A stretch of DNA of 64,000 nt. Origin: Tissierellales bacterium. GTDB taxonomy: Bacteria > Bacillota > Clostridia > Tissierellales > JASKZW01. A program made the position numbers and the translations under genes. Under the pieces are notes generated by a model that did not search any database, had not been told where the DNA came from, and saw only the letters and a program-made list of their open reading frames with translations. Numbering within the stretch: position 1 is the stretch's first letter; each line of letters begins with the position of its first letter. The DNA lies in NCBI GenBank assembly GCA_030152145.1, contig JASLIL010000102.1, positions 2,592 through 66,591 on the forward strand, written 5' to 3'. Positions 44,501-55,101 of this stretch are shown here, piece after piece.

Positions 44501-46114
44501 GTGAAGGACAATAATTTTTTAAGGGGAGCCGCAGTGTTGGGAATAGCGGGAGTTATAGTTAAGATTCTAGGAGCCTTTTATAGAATACCCCTAGGCAATA
44601 TACTTTTGGATGAAGGAATGGGCTACTATCAGACAGCCTATCCTTTTTATGTATTACTATTAACCTTGTCAACAGCCGGTTTTCCAGTGGCAATTGCAAA
44701 ATTAGTTTCGGAAAAACGAGCATTGGGAGATTATAGGGGAGCCTTTAAGGTTTTTAAAATATCATTTTTTACACTTTTGGTAGTAGGGATGTTAAGTTCT
44801 GTATTTGTATTGTTAAAGGGAGAACAGATAGTAGCTTATTTGGAAAATAGTCAAGCCTACTACGCTCTTTTAGGATTGATACCAGCACTTTTAGTGGTTC
44901 CTATAATGGCTGCTATGAGAGGCTTTTTTCAAGGACATGGAATGATGGAGCCAACGGCCCTATCCCAAATATCAGAACAATTTTTTAGAGTGAGTCTAGG
45001 TCTTTTATTTACCTACTTGACCCTAGACCAGGGAGTGGCAAAGGCAGCAGGAGGAGCTACTCTGGGAGGATCCTTTGGAGCTCTTGCAGGCACCCTGGCC
45101 ATAGGCTATATATACCTAAAAAGAAGACCGGCAATAATAGCAGAAATGGGAAGCGCCAAGGAAAGCCAAGATACTAATCTTAGTATTATTAAGGAACTTT
45201 TAATAATAGCAATCCCTATAACTATAGGAGCTTCTATAGTACCCATAATGAACACTATAGATACTTTCATAGTCCTAAGAAGACTACAAACTATAGGTTA
45301 CAGTCAGGTGGCAGCCAATAGCCTATATGGCCAGCTAACAGGATTTGCCCAAACTCTTATAAATATGCCTCAGGTGTTTTCTATGGCCATAGCCATGAGT
45401 TTGGTACCAGCCATATCAAGAGCTAAGACTATGGGAGATCAGGAAGAGGTAAGGGAATTAGCTAGTTCAGGTATAAGGATAACTCTTCTTATAGGTTTAC
45501 CGGCAGCTTTTGGACTTTTTATTTTAGCAGAGCCTATTATAGGCCTTCTTTACTTTAAGAATCCAGAGTCTGTAATAGTAAGTGTAGGAGAACTTTTAAA
45601 GATTCTTTCCTTTAGCGTCATATTTTTAACCCTGGTCCAGTCCCTAACAGCTATAATGCAAGGTTTAGGTAAACCCTTTATACCAGTTAGAAATCTTTTT
45701 ATAGGTGGATTTATAAAGGTAATCTTGACCTATAGTTTAACAGGAATAGAATCTATAAATATAAAGGGAGCAGCCATATCTACAGTAGTAGCCTATTTAA
45801 TAGGGGCGGTTCTAAATATTGTTAGTGTAAAAAGATATACAGGAGTAGACTTTAGGAAGGGAAAAATATTTATGGACCCCTTGCTTTCAGCTCTAGGTAT
45901 GATGTTCAGTGTAAAGCTTATATATATCCTATTTGAAAGATTTTTAGGAAGGCCTAAGCTAGGGACCCTTGTATCTATAGGTATAGGCGTTTTGGTTTAT
46001 GCAGCCCTCCTTTTGGTGACAGGAGCTATAACAGAAGAGGAACTTAGCCTTTTACCTAAAGGTGAAAAATTATCTAAAAGATTAAAGAAAAGGGGGTTTT
46101 TGAAGGATGTATAG
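44501..46114 (+). CDS. MOP-superfamily flippase (SpoVB/YabM/MurJ-like polysaccharide biosynthesis protein)
   Basis: 537 aa with about 14 TM helices. N-terminus FLRGAAVLGIAGVIVKILGAFYRIPLGNILLDEGMGYY is typical of the SpoVB/YabM family. GTG start after AGGAGGG. Confidence 0.8.
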   Translation: MKDNNFLRGAAVLGIAGVIVKILGAFYRIPLGNILLDEGMGYYQTAYPFYVLLLTLSTAGFPVAIAKLVSEKRALGDYRGAFKVFKISFFTLLVVGMLSSVFVLLKGEQIVAYLENSQAYYALLGLIPALLVVPIMAAMRGFFQGHGMMEPTALSQISEQFFRVSLGLLFTYLTLDQGVAKAAGGATLGGSFGALAGTLAIGYIYLKRRPAIIAEMGSAKESQDTNLSIIKELLIIAIPITIGASIVPIMNTIDTFIVLRRLQTIGYSQVAANSLYGQLTGFAQTLINMPQVFSMAIAMSLVPAISRAKTMGDQEEVRELASSGIRITLLIGLPAAFGLFILAEPIIGLLYFKNPESVIVSVGELLKILSFSVIFLTLVQSLTAIMQGLGKPFIPVRNLFIGGFIKVILTYSLTGIESINIKGAAISTVVAYLIGAVLNIVSVKRYTGVDFRKGKIFMDPLLSALGMMFSVKLIYILFERFLGRPKLGTLVSIGIGVLVYAALLLVTGAITEEELSLLPKGEKLSKRLKKRGFLKDV

Positions 46115-47435
46115 AATTTTTTTCGGTCTAGCAGAAGATAGACCAGGTCGTTTGAATTTAGACAGCCTTAAGCTCCTTAAAACTGGAAGGAGGAACTTTA
46201 TAAAATCTAGGAGCAAGGAACTTTTGGCTTATCTAGACAGCCAGTCTATAGAATATATCTTGATTGATAACTTCTTAGAGCTAGGAAATTTTAAATTAGA
46301 TGAGGATATAAACTATTTTACTGATTTAAAAACCTTGGAAGAAGGAACCCTAGAAGAGCTAGAAGGTTTTGAAATCTGCTTTTTGGAGACTTTTGACTTT
46401 AGTCCTAGAATAGATGCTAGTCTAGTCTCAGGAAAGGACATCGACCTGGGAAAAGACCTTCTTATAAAGGCCGTAGATTCAGTAGAGGAATGGGAAAATT
46501 TAAAAAAACTTATAGAAACCCTATATGGAGAAGGATATAAAGTTTATTTCTTAAAACAAGAGGGTATAGGTAGTATCGAAGTCCTTAGACTTATAGACAG
46601 ACCAACTGACCTTAATGAAGCCTGGCCTTTCGATATTTTTCTTAGGGGCCGCAAAGCCTATAATCTGAATCAGATATTGGGAATAATGGAAGATCTTAGG
46701 TCTGAGGAAGGTTGTCCTTGGGATAGGTTGCAGACCCATGAAAGTCTGAAGCCCTATCTTATAGAAGAAGCTTATGAACTAGTAGATGCTATAGAGAAAA
46801 AAGATGATCAACTCCTTCTTGAAGAGTTGGGAGACCTGCTTTTACAAGTGATCTTTCACAGTCAGTTGGCCAGGGAAGGTGGAAGGTTTGGCTTCCAAAA
46901 TGTGGTAAATGCCCTGGGAAAGAAGCTAATTTATAGGCATCCCCATGTTTTTTCTCAAAAAGGTATAGAAAAAGAAGATGAAATAATATATAATTGGGAT
47001 AAACTCAAGTATAGAGCCAAAGATATAGATACATTGACTGCTAGATTAGAAGATGTATCAAAATCATCTGCTCTTCTTAGGAGTTGTAAGATCCAGGCTA
47101 GGATGGCAAAAGTTGGTTTTGACTGGCCAGACATATCTGGACCTTTTGAAAAAATTGCTGAGGAGAAATCTGAGGTAAGGCAACTTGTAGAAATGGACCT
47201 TATGGACTATGATAGAATAGAAGAAGAGGTTGGAGATTTATTCTTTTCTGTAGTTAACTTATCTAGATTTTTAAAGGTAGATCCTGATATAGCTTTACAG
47301 AAAGCTTCGGATAAATTTATAAGTAGGGTAGGAAAAATGGAAGCAATAGGCCTTGACCAAGGTTTGGATTTATCCAGGTTGTCAATTGATGATTGGGAAT
47401 TGCTTTGGCAGAAGGCAAAATTAAGTGAAAAATAA
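46107..47435 (+). CDS. mazG: MazG nucleoside-triphosphate pyrophosphohydrolase with degenerate N-terminal YabN-type domain
   Basis: Tandem MazG repeats (CPWDRLQTHESLKPYLIEEAYEL...ELGDLLLQV and EEVGDLFFSVVNLSRF). The N-terminal ~190 aa lack the GxGPG methylase motif. Confidence 0.85.
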   Translation: MYRIFFGLAEDRPGRLNLDSLKLLKTGRRNFIKSRSKELLAYLDSQSIEYILIDNFLELGNFKLDEDINYFTDLKTLEEGTLEELEGFEICFLETFDFSPRIDASLVSGKDIDLGKDLLIKAVDSVEEWENLKKLIETLYGEGYKVYFLKQEGIGSIEVLRLIDRPTDLNEAWPFDIFLRGRKAYNLNQILGIMEDLRSEEGCPWDRLQTHESLKPYLIEEAYELVDAIEKKDDQLLLEELGDLLLQVIFHSQLAREGGRFGFQNVVNALGKKLIYRHPHVFSQKGIEKEDEIIYNWDKLKYRAKDIDTLTARLEDVSKSSALLRSCKIQARMAKVGFDWPDISGPFEKIAEEKSEVRQLVEMDLMDYDRIEEEVGDLFFSVVNLSRFLKVDPDIALQKASDKFISRVGKMEAIGLDQGLDLSRLSIDDWELLWQKAKLSEK

Positions 47436-47496
47436 TTGTTGTCAATACTATGTATAGTATTACATAGTTAGTTTTATTAAAGAGGAGGAATATATT

Positions 47497-47775
47497 ATGA
47501 ATAAAGCAGAATTAGTTGCAAGTATAGCAGAAGAAAGCAAGTTAACTAAGAAAGATGCAGAAATTGCATTAAACGCATTTATGGATGTTGTTGAAAAGAC
47601 ATTAGCAGAAGGTGATAAAGTTCAATTAGTTGGATTTGGAACTTTTGAAGTAAGAGATAGAAAAGCTAGAGAAGGTAGAAATCCAAGGAACCCAGAAGAA
47701 GTTATACAAATACCAGCTTCAAAAGCTCCTGTATTTAAAGCAGGAAAAGGATTAAAAGAGGCTGTTAATAAGTAA
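47497..47775 (+). CDS. hup: HU family nucleoid DNA-binding protein
   Basis: MNKAELV..IAE...LTKKDAE.AL.AF ... GFGTFEVRDRKAREGRNPRNPEE ... PVFKAGK. Confidence 0.95.
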   Translation: MNKAELVASIAEESKLTKKDAEIALNAFMDVVEKTLAEGDKVQLVGFGTFEVRDRKAREGRNPRNPEEVIQIPASKAPVFKAGKGLKEAVNK

Positions 47776-47780
47776 GTTAA

Positions 47781-47807
47781 AAATCAGGTCCTTGACCTGG
47801 TTTTTTT
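47781..47807 (+). terminator. rho-independent terminator of hup
   Basis: Stem CAGGTC / GACCTG extended by A-T pairs, T7. Confidence 0.8.
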
Positions 47808-47830
47808 ATTAGCTTTATGTGGAGGTATAT

Positions 47831-48076
47831 ATGAGAGTAGATAAATTTTTAAAAAATTCTAGGATAATAAAGAGAAGAACAGTTGCAAAAGAGGCTTGTG
47901 AGAAAGATAGGGTTTATATAAATGACAAGCTGGCTAAGCCAGGGGACAATTTGGCAGTAGGAGATAGACTCAGGGTAGACTTTGGGACAGGTTCTATGGA
48001 GGTTGAAGTTTTAGACTTAAGGGAAAAGCTTAAGAAGGAAGAGGCAGAGACTCTTTATAGAATAATATCAAAATAA
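47831..48076 (+). CDS. S4-domain RNA-binding protein (YabO/Hsp15-like)
   Basis: MRVDKFLKNSRIIKRRTVAKEAC is an S4 domain signature. ATG 47831 lies 5 nt after GGAGG. Confidence 0.85.
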   Translation: MRVDKFLKNSRIIKRRTVAKEACEKDRVYINDKLAKPGDNLAVGDRLRVDFGTGSMEVEVLDLREKLKKEEAETLYRIISK

Positions 48077-48123
48077 AAGGAATTTAGAGATATATGTCGA
48101 ATAAGTATATGAGGAGGGGTATT

Positions 48124-48420
48124 ATGGCTAAAAAAAAGAAAAAAAGGCCAAAACCACTTGTAAGGTTGGGCCTTTTATTAGCTGTAGTATGGCTTATATC
48201 AACTTTTACCAGACAATTTATAATGCGAAGGGAACTTAGGGCTGAGATAGATCTAAAGAAAAAAGAAATTGCTACTATACAAAGGGATATAGATAGTATC
48301 AACAAGGAAATAGAGTCTAAGGACAGCCTGGAATTTGTTGAGAAGGTTGCTAGGGAAGACTATAAGATGGTTAAGCCAAGGGAAATCATTTATATTGATA
48401 AATCTAAGAAGAATAAGTAG
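48124..48420 (+). CDS. septum formation initiator family protein (DivIC/FtsB-like)
   Basis: Basic N-terminus, a single TM helix (LGLLLAVVWLISTF), then a coiled coil and the conserved YIEKVAREDY-type motif (FVEKVAREDYKMVKPREI). ATG 48124 follows GAGGAGGGG. Confidence 0.75.
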   Translation: MAKKKKKRPKPLVRLGLLLAVVWLISTFTRQFIMRRELRAEIDLKKKEIATIQRDIDSINKEIESKDSLEFVEKVAREDYKMVKPREIIYIDKSKKNK

Positions 48421-48448
48421 CCTTAGGTCTTTATTGGCCTTATATCAA

Positions 48449-48477
48449 TTGACAAGGGTAAATTAGTCATATATAAT
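48449..48477 (+). promoter_or_regulatory. consensus sigma-A promoter TTGACA-N17-TATAAT upstream of the S1-domain gene
   Basis: Both hexamers match the consensus exactly, with exact 17-nt spacing. Confidence 0.8.
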
Positions 48478-48518
48478 AGTTTAAGAATATAATTTTTACA
48501 AGGAGGAATTGTTTATTT

Positions 48519-48914
48519 ATGCCTATATCTGTTGGTAAAGTTATCGAGGGCACTGTAACTGGTATTACTAATTTTGGTGCTTTTGTGGACTTAGGAAAAG
48601 GAAAGAGCGGACTTGTGCATATATCAGAGATTTCGGATGATTATGTAGAGAAGGTATCAGATTACTTAAAAAAGGGTGATAAAGTAAAGGTTAAGGTTTT
48701 ATCCGTTACGGATGACGGAAAAATCAGTCTATCTATAAGAAAAGCAAAACCGAAGTCAAACAATCCTATAGAAGTAGATTGGAATAAACCTGAAGACAAG
48801 CAAAGAGGACTTTCTTTCGAAGACAAAATGTCAAACTTCTTAAAGGAGAGCGGTGAGAAACAAGACCAGCTAAAGAGTAGAGAGGGTAGAAGAGGCCAAG
48901 GAGCTAAATTCTAG
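48519..48914 (+). CDS. S1 RNA-binding domain protein (YabR-like)
   Basis: GKVIEGTVTGITNFGAFVDLGKGKSGLVHISEISDDYV is an S1 domain. Confidence 0.85.
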   Translation: MPISVGKVIEGTVTGITNFGAFVDLGKGKSGLVHISEISDDYVEKVSDYLKKGDKVKVKVLSVTDDGKISLSIRKAKPKSNNPIEVDWNKPEDKQRGLSFEDKMSNFLKESGEKQDQLKSREGRRGQGAKF

Positions 48915-48945
48915 GATCTTTTCAAAGTTTGTTAAATATGAAGCT

Positions 48946-48970
48946 TAAAACCGGATTATTCCGGTTTTTT
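48946..48970 (+). terminator. rho-independent terminator
   Basis: Stem AAAACCGGA / TCCGGTTTT, loop TTAT, T7. Confidence 0.9.
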
Positions 48971-48992
48971 TAATTTATAAAGAGGTGTGATT

Positions 48993-50369
48993 ATGGACAG
49001 GAGAGTTTATGAAAATATTATTGAACATGGACTAATAGACAGGGAAGATAATATATTGATAGGTCTTTCAGGAGGCCCAGATTCTGTCTATCTTTTTCAC
49101 CAGCTCCTAGCCTTTAGGAAGGAAGTTCCCTTTAAGATTTATATAGCTCATGTTAATCATGGAGTTAGGGGAGAGGAAGCTAAGAGAGATGAGGATTTTG
49201 TAAGAGATCTTTCTAGAAAATATAATATCCCCTTCTACCTGAAAAAAGCAGATATGGATGGTTATGCAAGAGAGCTTGGTATATCTAAGGAAGATGCAGG
49301 TAGGAGAATTAGATATGGATTTTTTAGAGAGATTTTAAGGGACTTAGGTGGTGGCAAGATAGCAGTTGGCCACAACAAGAATGACCAGGCAGAAACCATG
49401 CTTATGAGATTCTTTAGAGGGGCAAGTCTTGATGGCTTAAAAGGTATGGACTTTAAGGCAGATGATATTATAAGGCCTATTTTAAATATAGACAGAGAGG
49501 ACATAGAGGCCTATCTATTGGATAGAGATCTAGATGCCAAGATTGACAGGACAAATCTTGAAACCCTTTATATGAGAAATAGAACTAGGCTAGAGTTGAT
49601 TCCCTACATAGAGGATAACTATAACAAGAATCTTATAGACACCCTTACTAGAAATGGTGAAATCCTAAGGGAGGATGGGGAATTTTTAAATCAACTGGCC
49701 CAAAGAGAATTTAAGTCTCTGGCCAGCCTGGACCCTAAAAGGGTTAGTCTGGATCTAATGACCCTAAATAAGCTTGACTACCCTATTAGCTCAAGGGTCT
49801 TAAGATTGGCTATTAAGGAGGTTAAGGGTGACCTTCATGGCATAGAAAAAGGTCATATAGACCTGATTCTAGATTTGGCCAAGACAGGGAAGACAGGAAA
49901 GAGTCTTAATATTATTGATAATTTAATATTTAAAACCTCCTATGGTTTGGGTATAGTTGAAGAGGAGATCCATGCTGAAAATTTTAAGCTGGAGCTTGAG
50001 GACAGCCTTAGCTTAGGTGACTATAAACTGGAGTTTTCTAAAATTTCGGCTTCTAGCTACTGGTCTAAGTCTAGGGAGGAAGGCTCCAAGTATATAGACC
50101 TAGATAAGGTTAAGGGCGACTTGTTTCTAAGAAATAGGAGACCTGGAGATTACTTCCAGCCCCTGGGTATGAAAGGGAGGAAAAAGCTTAAGGATATTTT
50201 TATAGATGAGAAGGTACCTAGGGACCTAAGGGATAGGATTCCTCTTTTGTGTGATAGTGAAAATATAGTCTGGATTTTAGGCTATAGGGTTAGTGAAATC
50301 TACAAGGTTGATAAGGAAACTAAAAATATATTAAAAATAAAATATCAAGGAGGACAAAATGGAGAATGA
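48993..50369 (+). CDS. tilS: tRNA(Ile)-lysidine synthetase
   Basis: PP-loop [26 protein letters not shown]-terminal [26 protein letters not shown]. Confidence 0.9.
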   Translation: MDRRVYENIIEHGLIDREDNILIGLSGGPDSVYLFHQLLAFRKEVPFKIYIAHVNHGVRGEEAKRDEDFVRDLSRKYNIPFYLKKADMDGYARELGISKEDAGRRIRYGFFREILRDLGGGKIAVGHNKNDQAETMLMRFFRGASLDGLKGMDFKADDIIRPILNIDREDIEAYLLDRDLDAKIDRTNLETLYMRNRTRLELIPYIEDNYNKNLIDTLTRNGEILREDGEFLNQLAQREFKSLASLDPKRVSLDLMTLNKLDYPISSRVLRLAIKEVKGDLHGIEKGHIDLILDLAKTGKTGKSLNIIDNLIFKTSYGLGIVEEEIHAENFKLELEDSLSLGDYKLEFSKISASSYWSKSREEGSKYIDLDKVKGDLFLRNRRPGDYFQPLGMKGRKKLKDIFIDEKVPRDLRDRIPLLCDSENIVWILGYRVSEIYKVDKETKNILKIKYQGGQNGE

Positions 50370-50898
50370 TGTAAAGGAAGTCTTGGTTTCTAAGGAAGCT
50401 ATAGATGAGAAGGTTAAAGAAATGGCAGAAGAAATAAGAAAAGATTATATAGGTAATGATAATCTTATTGTAGTTGGAATACTTAAAGGTGCTGTAATAT
50501 TTATGGCAGACCTAGTTAGACATTTGAACCTACCTGTCCTAATAGACTTTATGGCTGTGTCTAGTTATGGTAAATCCTCTGAGTCTACAGGAGAGGTTAA
50601 AATAGTAAAAGATTTAGACTATAGTATTGAGGGTAAAGATATACTTATAGTTGAGGATATTATAGATACAGGCTTTACCTTGGCCTACTTGGTAGACAAC
50701 CTAAAAAGGCGTGGGGCAAGGTCTGTTAGAGTGTGTACTCTTTTAGATAAGCCAGAGAGAAGAAAGGCCAATGTTAATGTTGACTATATGGGCTTTCCTA
50801 TTCCAGATGAATTTGCTGTAGGCTATGGTTTGGACTATGCAGAAAGATATAGAAACCTACCATATATAGGGGCTTTAAAGGAAGAGGTTTACAGTTAA
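50359..50898 (+). CDS. hpt: hypoxanthine phosphoribosyltransferase
   Basis: 179 aa. [17 protein letters not shown] motif. [13 protein letters not shown]. Overlaps tilS by 11 nt. Confidence 0.95.
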   Translation: MENDVKEVLVSKEAIDEKVKEMAEEIRKDYIGNDNLIVVGILKGAVIFMADLVRHLNLPVLIDFMAVSSYGKSSESTGEVKIVKDLDYSIEGKDILIVEDIIDTGFTLAYLVDNLKRRGARSVRVCTLLDKPERRKANVNVDYMGFPIPDEFAVGYGLDYAERYRNLPYIGALKEEVYS

Positions 50899-50981
50899 TA
50901 GAGCTTGGAGTTTTCTTTTTTAGGGCTCTTATGTTATAATTTTTTAGTATAATATGCTTAATTAAGAAGGGAGGATTTTAG

Positions 50982-52790
50982 GTGAGAAAATTTTTTAGAG
51001 AATCGAGCCTTTATTTAGTACTTATCTTAATAATACTATCTGCCATAGCTATGTTTGGCAAAGATCCGGAAAAGGTTAGGGATATGAACTATACTGAGCT
51101 TATACACCATATAGAGCTTGGAAATGTTTCCAATATTGTTTCTGTTGGGGATACGGTTCTGACAGGAAGCCTTAAGGATAAGACTAAGTTTCAGACTATA
51201 CTTCCTAGTCAAGCTAAGGATAGTTTTTATAAGGACTATGTACAAGAGAAGATGGAAAAAAGAGAGATTAACTTTGGAGCAGAAAGAGAGCCTACTAGAC
51301 CATGGATCTTTGAGATATTGCCAACTATTATGATTATAATCATAATGGGAGCTTTCTGGTTTATGTTTATGAATCAGTCCCAGGGTGGTGGCAATAGGGT
51401 TACGTCTTTTGGAAAGTCAAAGGCTAGGCTGCACAAGGATGATGAGGACAAGGTTACCTTTACAGATGTTGCAGGTTTGGAGGAAGAAAAAGAAGAGCTT
51501 GCAGAGATAGTAGATTTCCTTAAGGCTCCTAAGAAATATATTGATTTAGGTGCTAGGATTCCCAAGGGAGTTCTTTTAGTAGGACCTCCAGGAACAGGTA
51601 AGACCTACTTGAGTAGGGCTGTTGCAGGAGAGGCAGGAGTACCGTTTTTTAGTATTTCAGGTTCTGACTTTGTAGAGATGTTTGTTGGAGTTGGAGCTAG
51701 TAGGGTTAGGGATCTATTTGAGGAAGCAAAGAAAAAAGCTCCTTGTATTATATTTATAGATGAGATTGATGCTGTAGGTAGGAAGAGGGGTGCTGGTGTA
51801 GGTGGAGGCCATGATGAGAGAGAGCAGACTCTAAATCAGCTACTGGTAGAGATGGATGGTTTTGGTAGCAATGAGGGTATTATAGTTATGGCTGCTACAA
51901 ATAGGCCAGACATACTGGACTCAGCTATCCTAAGACCAGGTAGATTTGATAGGGAGATCTATGTAGGTCTACCAGATGTTAGGGCTAGGGAGGAGATTCT
52001 AGAGGTTCATACTAAGAAGAAACCTCTGGCTGAGGATGTTGACCTTTCAGTTATAGCTAAGAGGACACCAGGTTTTTCTCCAGCAGATCTTGAGAACCTT
52101 ACTAATGAGGCAGCTCTTTTAACAGCTAGACACAACAAGAAGGAAATAGATATGGAAACCATAAATGAAGCCAGCATAAAGGTAGTGGCTGGTCCAGAGA
52201 AGAAGAGCAAGGTGGTAACTGAGAAGGAAAGAAGGTTAACAGCCTATCATGAAGCAGGCCATGCAATTACTTCTAGACTTCTTCCAGGCAGTGATCCTGT
52301 TCATATGGTTACTATAATACCTCGTGGTATGGCAGGAGGCTTTACGGCCTATATACCAGAGGATGATAGAAGCTATATGACCAAGGGACAGATGGAGGAT
52401 GAATTGGTTAGCCTACTGGGTGGTAGAGTTGCAGAAGCCCTGGTTTTAGGAGATATTTCTACAGGTGCCCAGAATGATATAGAAAGAGCTACAAAGATAG
52501 CTAGAAATATGGTTACCCACTATGGTATGAGTGATAAGCTGGGACCTATGACCTATGGAAATGATGATAATGAAGTTTTTGTAGGTAGGGATCTAGGTAG
52601 AACTAGGGACTATAGTGAGGAGGTTGCTGGTGAGATTGATAGGGAAATGAGAACTATTATTGACCAGGCCTACACTACTGCTGAGAAACTTTTAAGCGAA
52701 AATATGGATATACTTCATAGGGTATCAGAGGCCTTACTTGAAAAAGAGACTCTGGATGCTAAGGAATTTGAAGAGGTATTTAATGGATAA
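50982..52790 (+). CDS. ftsH: ATP-dependent zinc metalloprotease FtsH
   Basis: Two N-terminal TM helices, AAA+ Walker [32 protein letters not shown], zinc site HEAGHA. GTG start after GGGAGGA. Confidence 0.95.
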   Translation: MRKFFRESSLYLVLILIILSAIAMFGKDPEKVRDMNYTELIHHIELGNVSNIVSVGDTVLTGSLKDKTKFQTILPSQAKDSFYKDYVQEKMEKREINFGAEREPTRPWIFEILPTIMIIIIMGAFWFMFMNQSQGGGNRVTSFGKSKARLHKDDEDKVTFTDVAGLEEEKEELAEIVDFLKAPKKYIDLGARIPKGVLLVGPPGTGKTYLSRAVAGEAGVPFFSISGSDFVEMFVGVGASRVRDLFEEAKKKAPCIIFIDEIDAVGRKRGAGVGGGHDEREQTLNQLLVEMDGFGSNEGIIVMAATNRPDILDSAILRPGRFDREIYVGLPDVRAREEILEVHTKKKPLAEDVDLSVIAKRTPGFSPADLENLTNEAALLTARHNKKEIDMETINEASIKVVAGPEKKSKVVTEKERRLTAYHEAGHAITSRLLPGSDPVHMVTIIPRGMAGGFTAYIPEDDRSYMTKGQMEDELVSLLGGRVAEALVLGDISTGAQNDIERATKIARNMVTHYGMSDKLGPMTYGNDDNEVFVGRDLGRTRDYSEEVAGEIDREMRTIIDQAYTTAEKLLSENMDILHRVSEALLEKETLDAKEFEEVFNG

Positions 52791-52793
52791 GAT

Positions 52794-52820
52794 AGAGTAG
52801 CCTAGGCTACTCTTTTTTTG
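52794..52820 (+). terminator. rho-independent terminator of ftsH
   Basis: 20-nt perfect palindrome AGAGTAGCCTAGGCTACTCT running into T7. Confidence 0.9.
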
Positions 52821-52920
52821 TGGAAAAATACAAGATAGGACCTTTTGAGTAGACAAAAAATATTAAAAAGTCAAAATTATGAAGTTTTACCTTCATAATC
52901 GAAATATATTGAAAATATTC

Positions 52921-52950
52921 TTGCAATAGGCAGGGTATTATTCATATAAT
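52921..52950 (+). promoter_or_regulatory. sigma-A promoter TTGCAA-N18-TATAAT for the mutase/decarboxylase operon
   Basis: Hexamers at 52921-52926 and 52945-52950. Confidence 0.6.
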
Positions 52951-52999
52951 ATAGGTGGTAAGTTTTTTATTTTATTTCTTATGATTAGGAGGAAGTTTA

Positions 53000-54679
53000 A
53001 TGCTGGAAGACAAAAAATTGAATAAAATAGCTGAGGATAAAAAAACCTGGGACCAAGAAAAGGTGGACAAGGCTATAGCTAGATTTCCAGAGAGGAAGGA
53101 GAAGTTTACTACAGGTTCAAACCTAGAGGTAAATAGACTTTATACTCCTTTGGATTTGGAAGATTTTGACTATGGCGAGAAACTGGGTTTCCCTGGACAG
53201 TACCCATATACTAGAGGTGTTCAACCTACTATGTATAGAGGTAGACTTTGGACTATGAGACAATATGCTGGTTTTGCTAGTGCAGAGGAATCAAATGAAA
53301 GGTACAAGTATCTTTTAGAACAGGGACAAACAGGCCTAAGTGTTGCTTTTGACCTACCAACACAGATAGGTTACGACTCAAACCATGCCCTTAGTCAGGG
53401 AGAGGTTGGTAAGGTAGGAGTGGCTATAGACTCCCTTAGGGATATGGAAATCCTTTTCGACGGTATCCCCCTAGATAAGGTTAGTACATCTATGACCATA
53501 AATGCTCCTGCCAGTGTTTTACTAGCCATGTATATAGTAGTGGCAGAGAAGCAGGGAGTTTCAAAAGACAAGCTTAGGGGGACTATCCAAAACGATATAC
53601 TAAAAGAGTATATTGCCAGGGGTACATATATATTCCCACCAAAACCATCAATGAGACTTATAACAAATATATTTGAGTACTGCTCAAATGAAGTTCCTAA
53701 GTGGAATACTATAAGTATCAGCGGTTACCATATAAGAGAAGCCGGATCTACAGCAGCCCAAGAAGTAGCTTTTACCTTGGCAGATGGTATAGCCTATGTA
53801 GAAGCAGCTATAGACGCAGGCTTAGATGTAGATGATTTCGCACCAAGACTTTCATTTTTCTTCAATGCCCACAATGACCTTCTAGAAGAGGTTGCAAAGT
53901 ACAGAGCAGCCAGAAGACTTTGGGCTAGAATTATGAAGGAGCGTTTTGATGCAAAGAAGGAAAAATCAATGCAATTAAAGTTCCATACACAAACAGCAGG
54001 TTCAACCTTAACAGCGCAACAACCAGACAACAATATAATAAGAGTAGCTATACAAACCTTAGCTGCAGTACTAGGTGGCACTCAATCACTACACACTAAC
54101 TCTAAGGATGAGGCCTTGGCCCTACCAACAGAGGATGCAGTAAAGATTGCCCTAAGAACACAGCAGATAGTAGCCCATGAATCAGGTGTAGCAAATACCA
54201 TAGACCCACTAGCAGGATCCTACTATATCGAAAGCTTAACAGATGATATAGAGAAAATGGCTATGGAATATATCGACACTATAGACCGTCTAGGCGGTGC
54301 ACCAGAAGCTATAGAAAAAGGATATATTCAAAAGGAAATTCAAAACTCAGCTTACAACTACCAAATGGAGATAGAAAGTGAAGAAAGAATAGTTGTAGGT
54401 GTCAATAAGTTCATCCAGGAAGAAGAGGGAAGCAAGGACTTGTTGAAGGTAGATCCAGTTATAGAAAAATTACAAAGAGAAAAACTAGAAGCTCTAAAGG
54501 CTGAAAGAAACAATGATAAAGTAGCAGAAAGTCTAGTCCTATTAAAGGACAAGGCAAAAACAGATGAAAACCTAATGCCTTATATAATAGACTCAGTTAG
54601 GGAGTATGCAACCCTAGGAGAAATCTGTGATACTTTAAGAGATGTTTTCGGCGAATACGAGCAGGCAGTAATTTTATAG
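53000..54679 (+). CDS. methylmalonyl-CoA mutase, large (substrate-binding TIM-barrel) subunit without B12 domain
   Basis: 559 aa. [45 protein letters not shown] and [22 protein letters not shown] are hallmark acyl-CoA mutase motifs. Confidence 0.9.
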   Translation: MLEDKKLNKIAEDKKTWDQEKVDKAIARFPERKEKFTTGSNLEVNRLYTPLDLEDFDYGEKLGFPGQYPYTRGVQPTMYRGRLWTMRQYAGFASAEESNERYKYLLEQGQTGLSVAFDLPTQIGYDSNHALSQGEVGKVGVAIDSLRDMEILFDGIPLDKVSTSMTINAPASVLLAMYIVVAEKQGVSKDKLRGTIQNDILKEYIARGTYIFPPKPSMRLITNIFEYCSNEVPKWNTISISGYHIREAGSTAAQEVAFTLADGIAYVEAAIDAGLDVDDFAPRLSFFFNAHNDLLEEVAKYRAARRLWARIMKERFDAKKEKSMQLKFHTQTAGSTLTAQQPDNNIIRVAIQTLAAVLGGTQSLHTNSKDEALALPTEDAVKIALRTQQIVAHESGVANTIDPLAGSYYIESLTDDIEKMAMEYIDTIDRLGGAPEAIEKGYIQKEIQNSAYNYQMEIESEERIVVGVNKFIQEEEGSKDLLKVDPVIEKLQREKLEALKAERNNDKVAESLVLLKDKAKTDENLMPYIIDSVREYATLGEICDTLRDVFGEYEQAVIL

Positions 54680-54690
54680 GAGGAGTAATT

Positions 54691-55086
54691 ATGGATAAGC
54701 TTATAAGAGTTTTAATTGCAAAGCCAGGACTAGACGGACATGATAGAGGAGCTAAGGTTATAGCACGTGCCCTAAGAGATGCTGGAATGGAGGTAATTTA
54801 CACAGGCCTAAGACAGACTCCAGAGCAAATAGTTTCAGCAGCCATTCAAGAGGACGTAGATGCCATAGGAATGAGCATACTTTCAGGAGCTCACAACCAT
54901 CTATTTCCAAGAGTTGTAGAACTTCTCAAGGAGGAAGGTGCTGATGATATACTAGTATTTGGTGGTGGCGTAATACCAGATGAGGATATACCAGGCCTAA
55001 AGGAAGCAGGTATAAAGGAGATATTTACACCAGGTACGCCTACACAGGATACAGTTGATTTTATAAGAGCTAATATCAAAAAATAA
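54691..55086 (+). CDS. methylmalonyl-CoA mutase, small cobalamin-binding subunit
   Basis: 131 aa. B12-binding DxHxxG motif in [11 protein letters not shown]. Rossmann-like SILSGAH...FGGGVIP. Confidence 0.9.
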   Translation: MDKLIRVLIAKPGLDGHDRGAKVIARALRDAGMEVIYTGLRQTPEQIVSAAIQEDVDAIGMSILSGAHNHLFPRVVELLKEEGADDILVFGGGVIPDEDIPGLKEAGIKEIFTPGTPTQDTVDFIRANIKK

Positions 55087-55101
55087 TAGGTGGTGTATTA
55101 G

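Noticed and set aside
52821-52999. Looked for a cobalamin riboswitch upstream of the B12-dependent mutase operon, and for other known riboswitches upstream of panT-like, yfcC and the ABC genes.
   Set aside because: The predicted 5' UTR is only ~50 nt. No B12-box (GCCACTG-like) or conserved riboswitch cores were seen. The only CAGTGGC string is inside the cdsB coding sequence.
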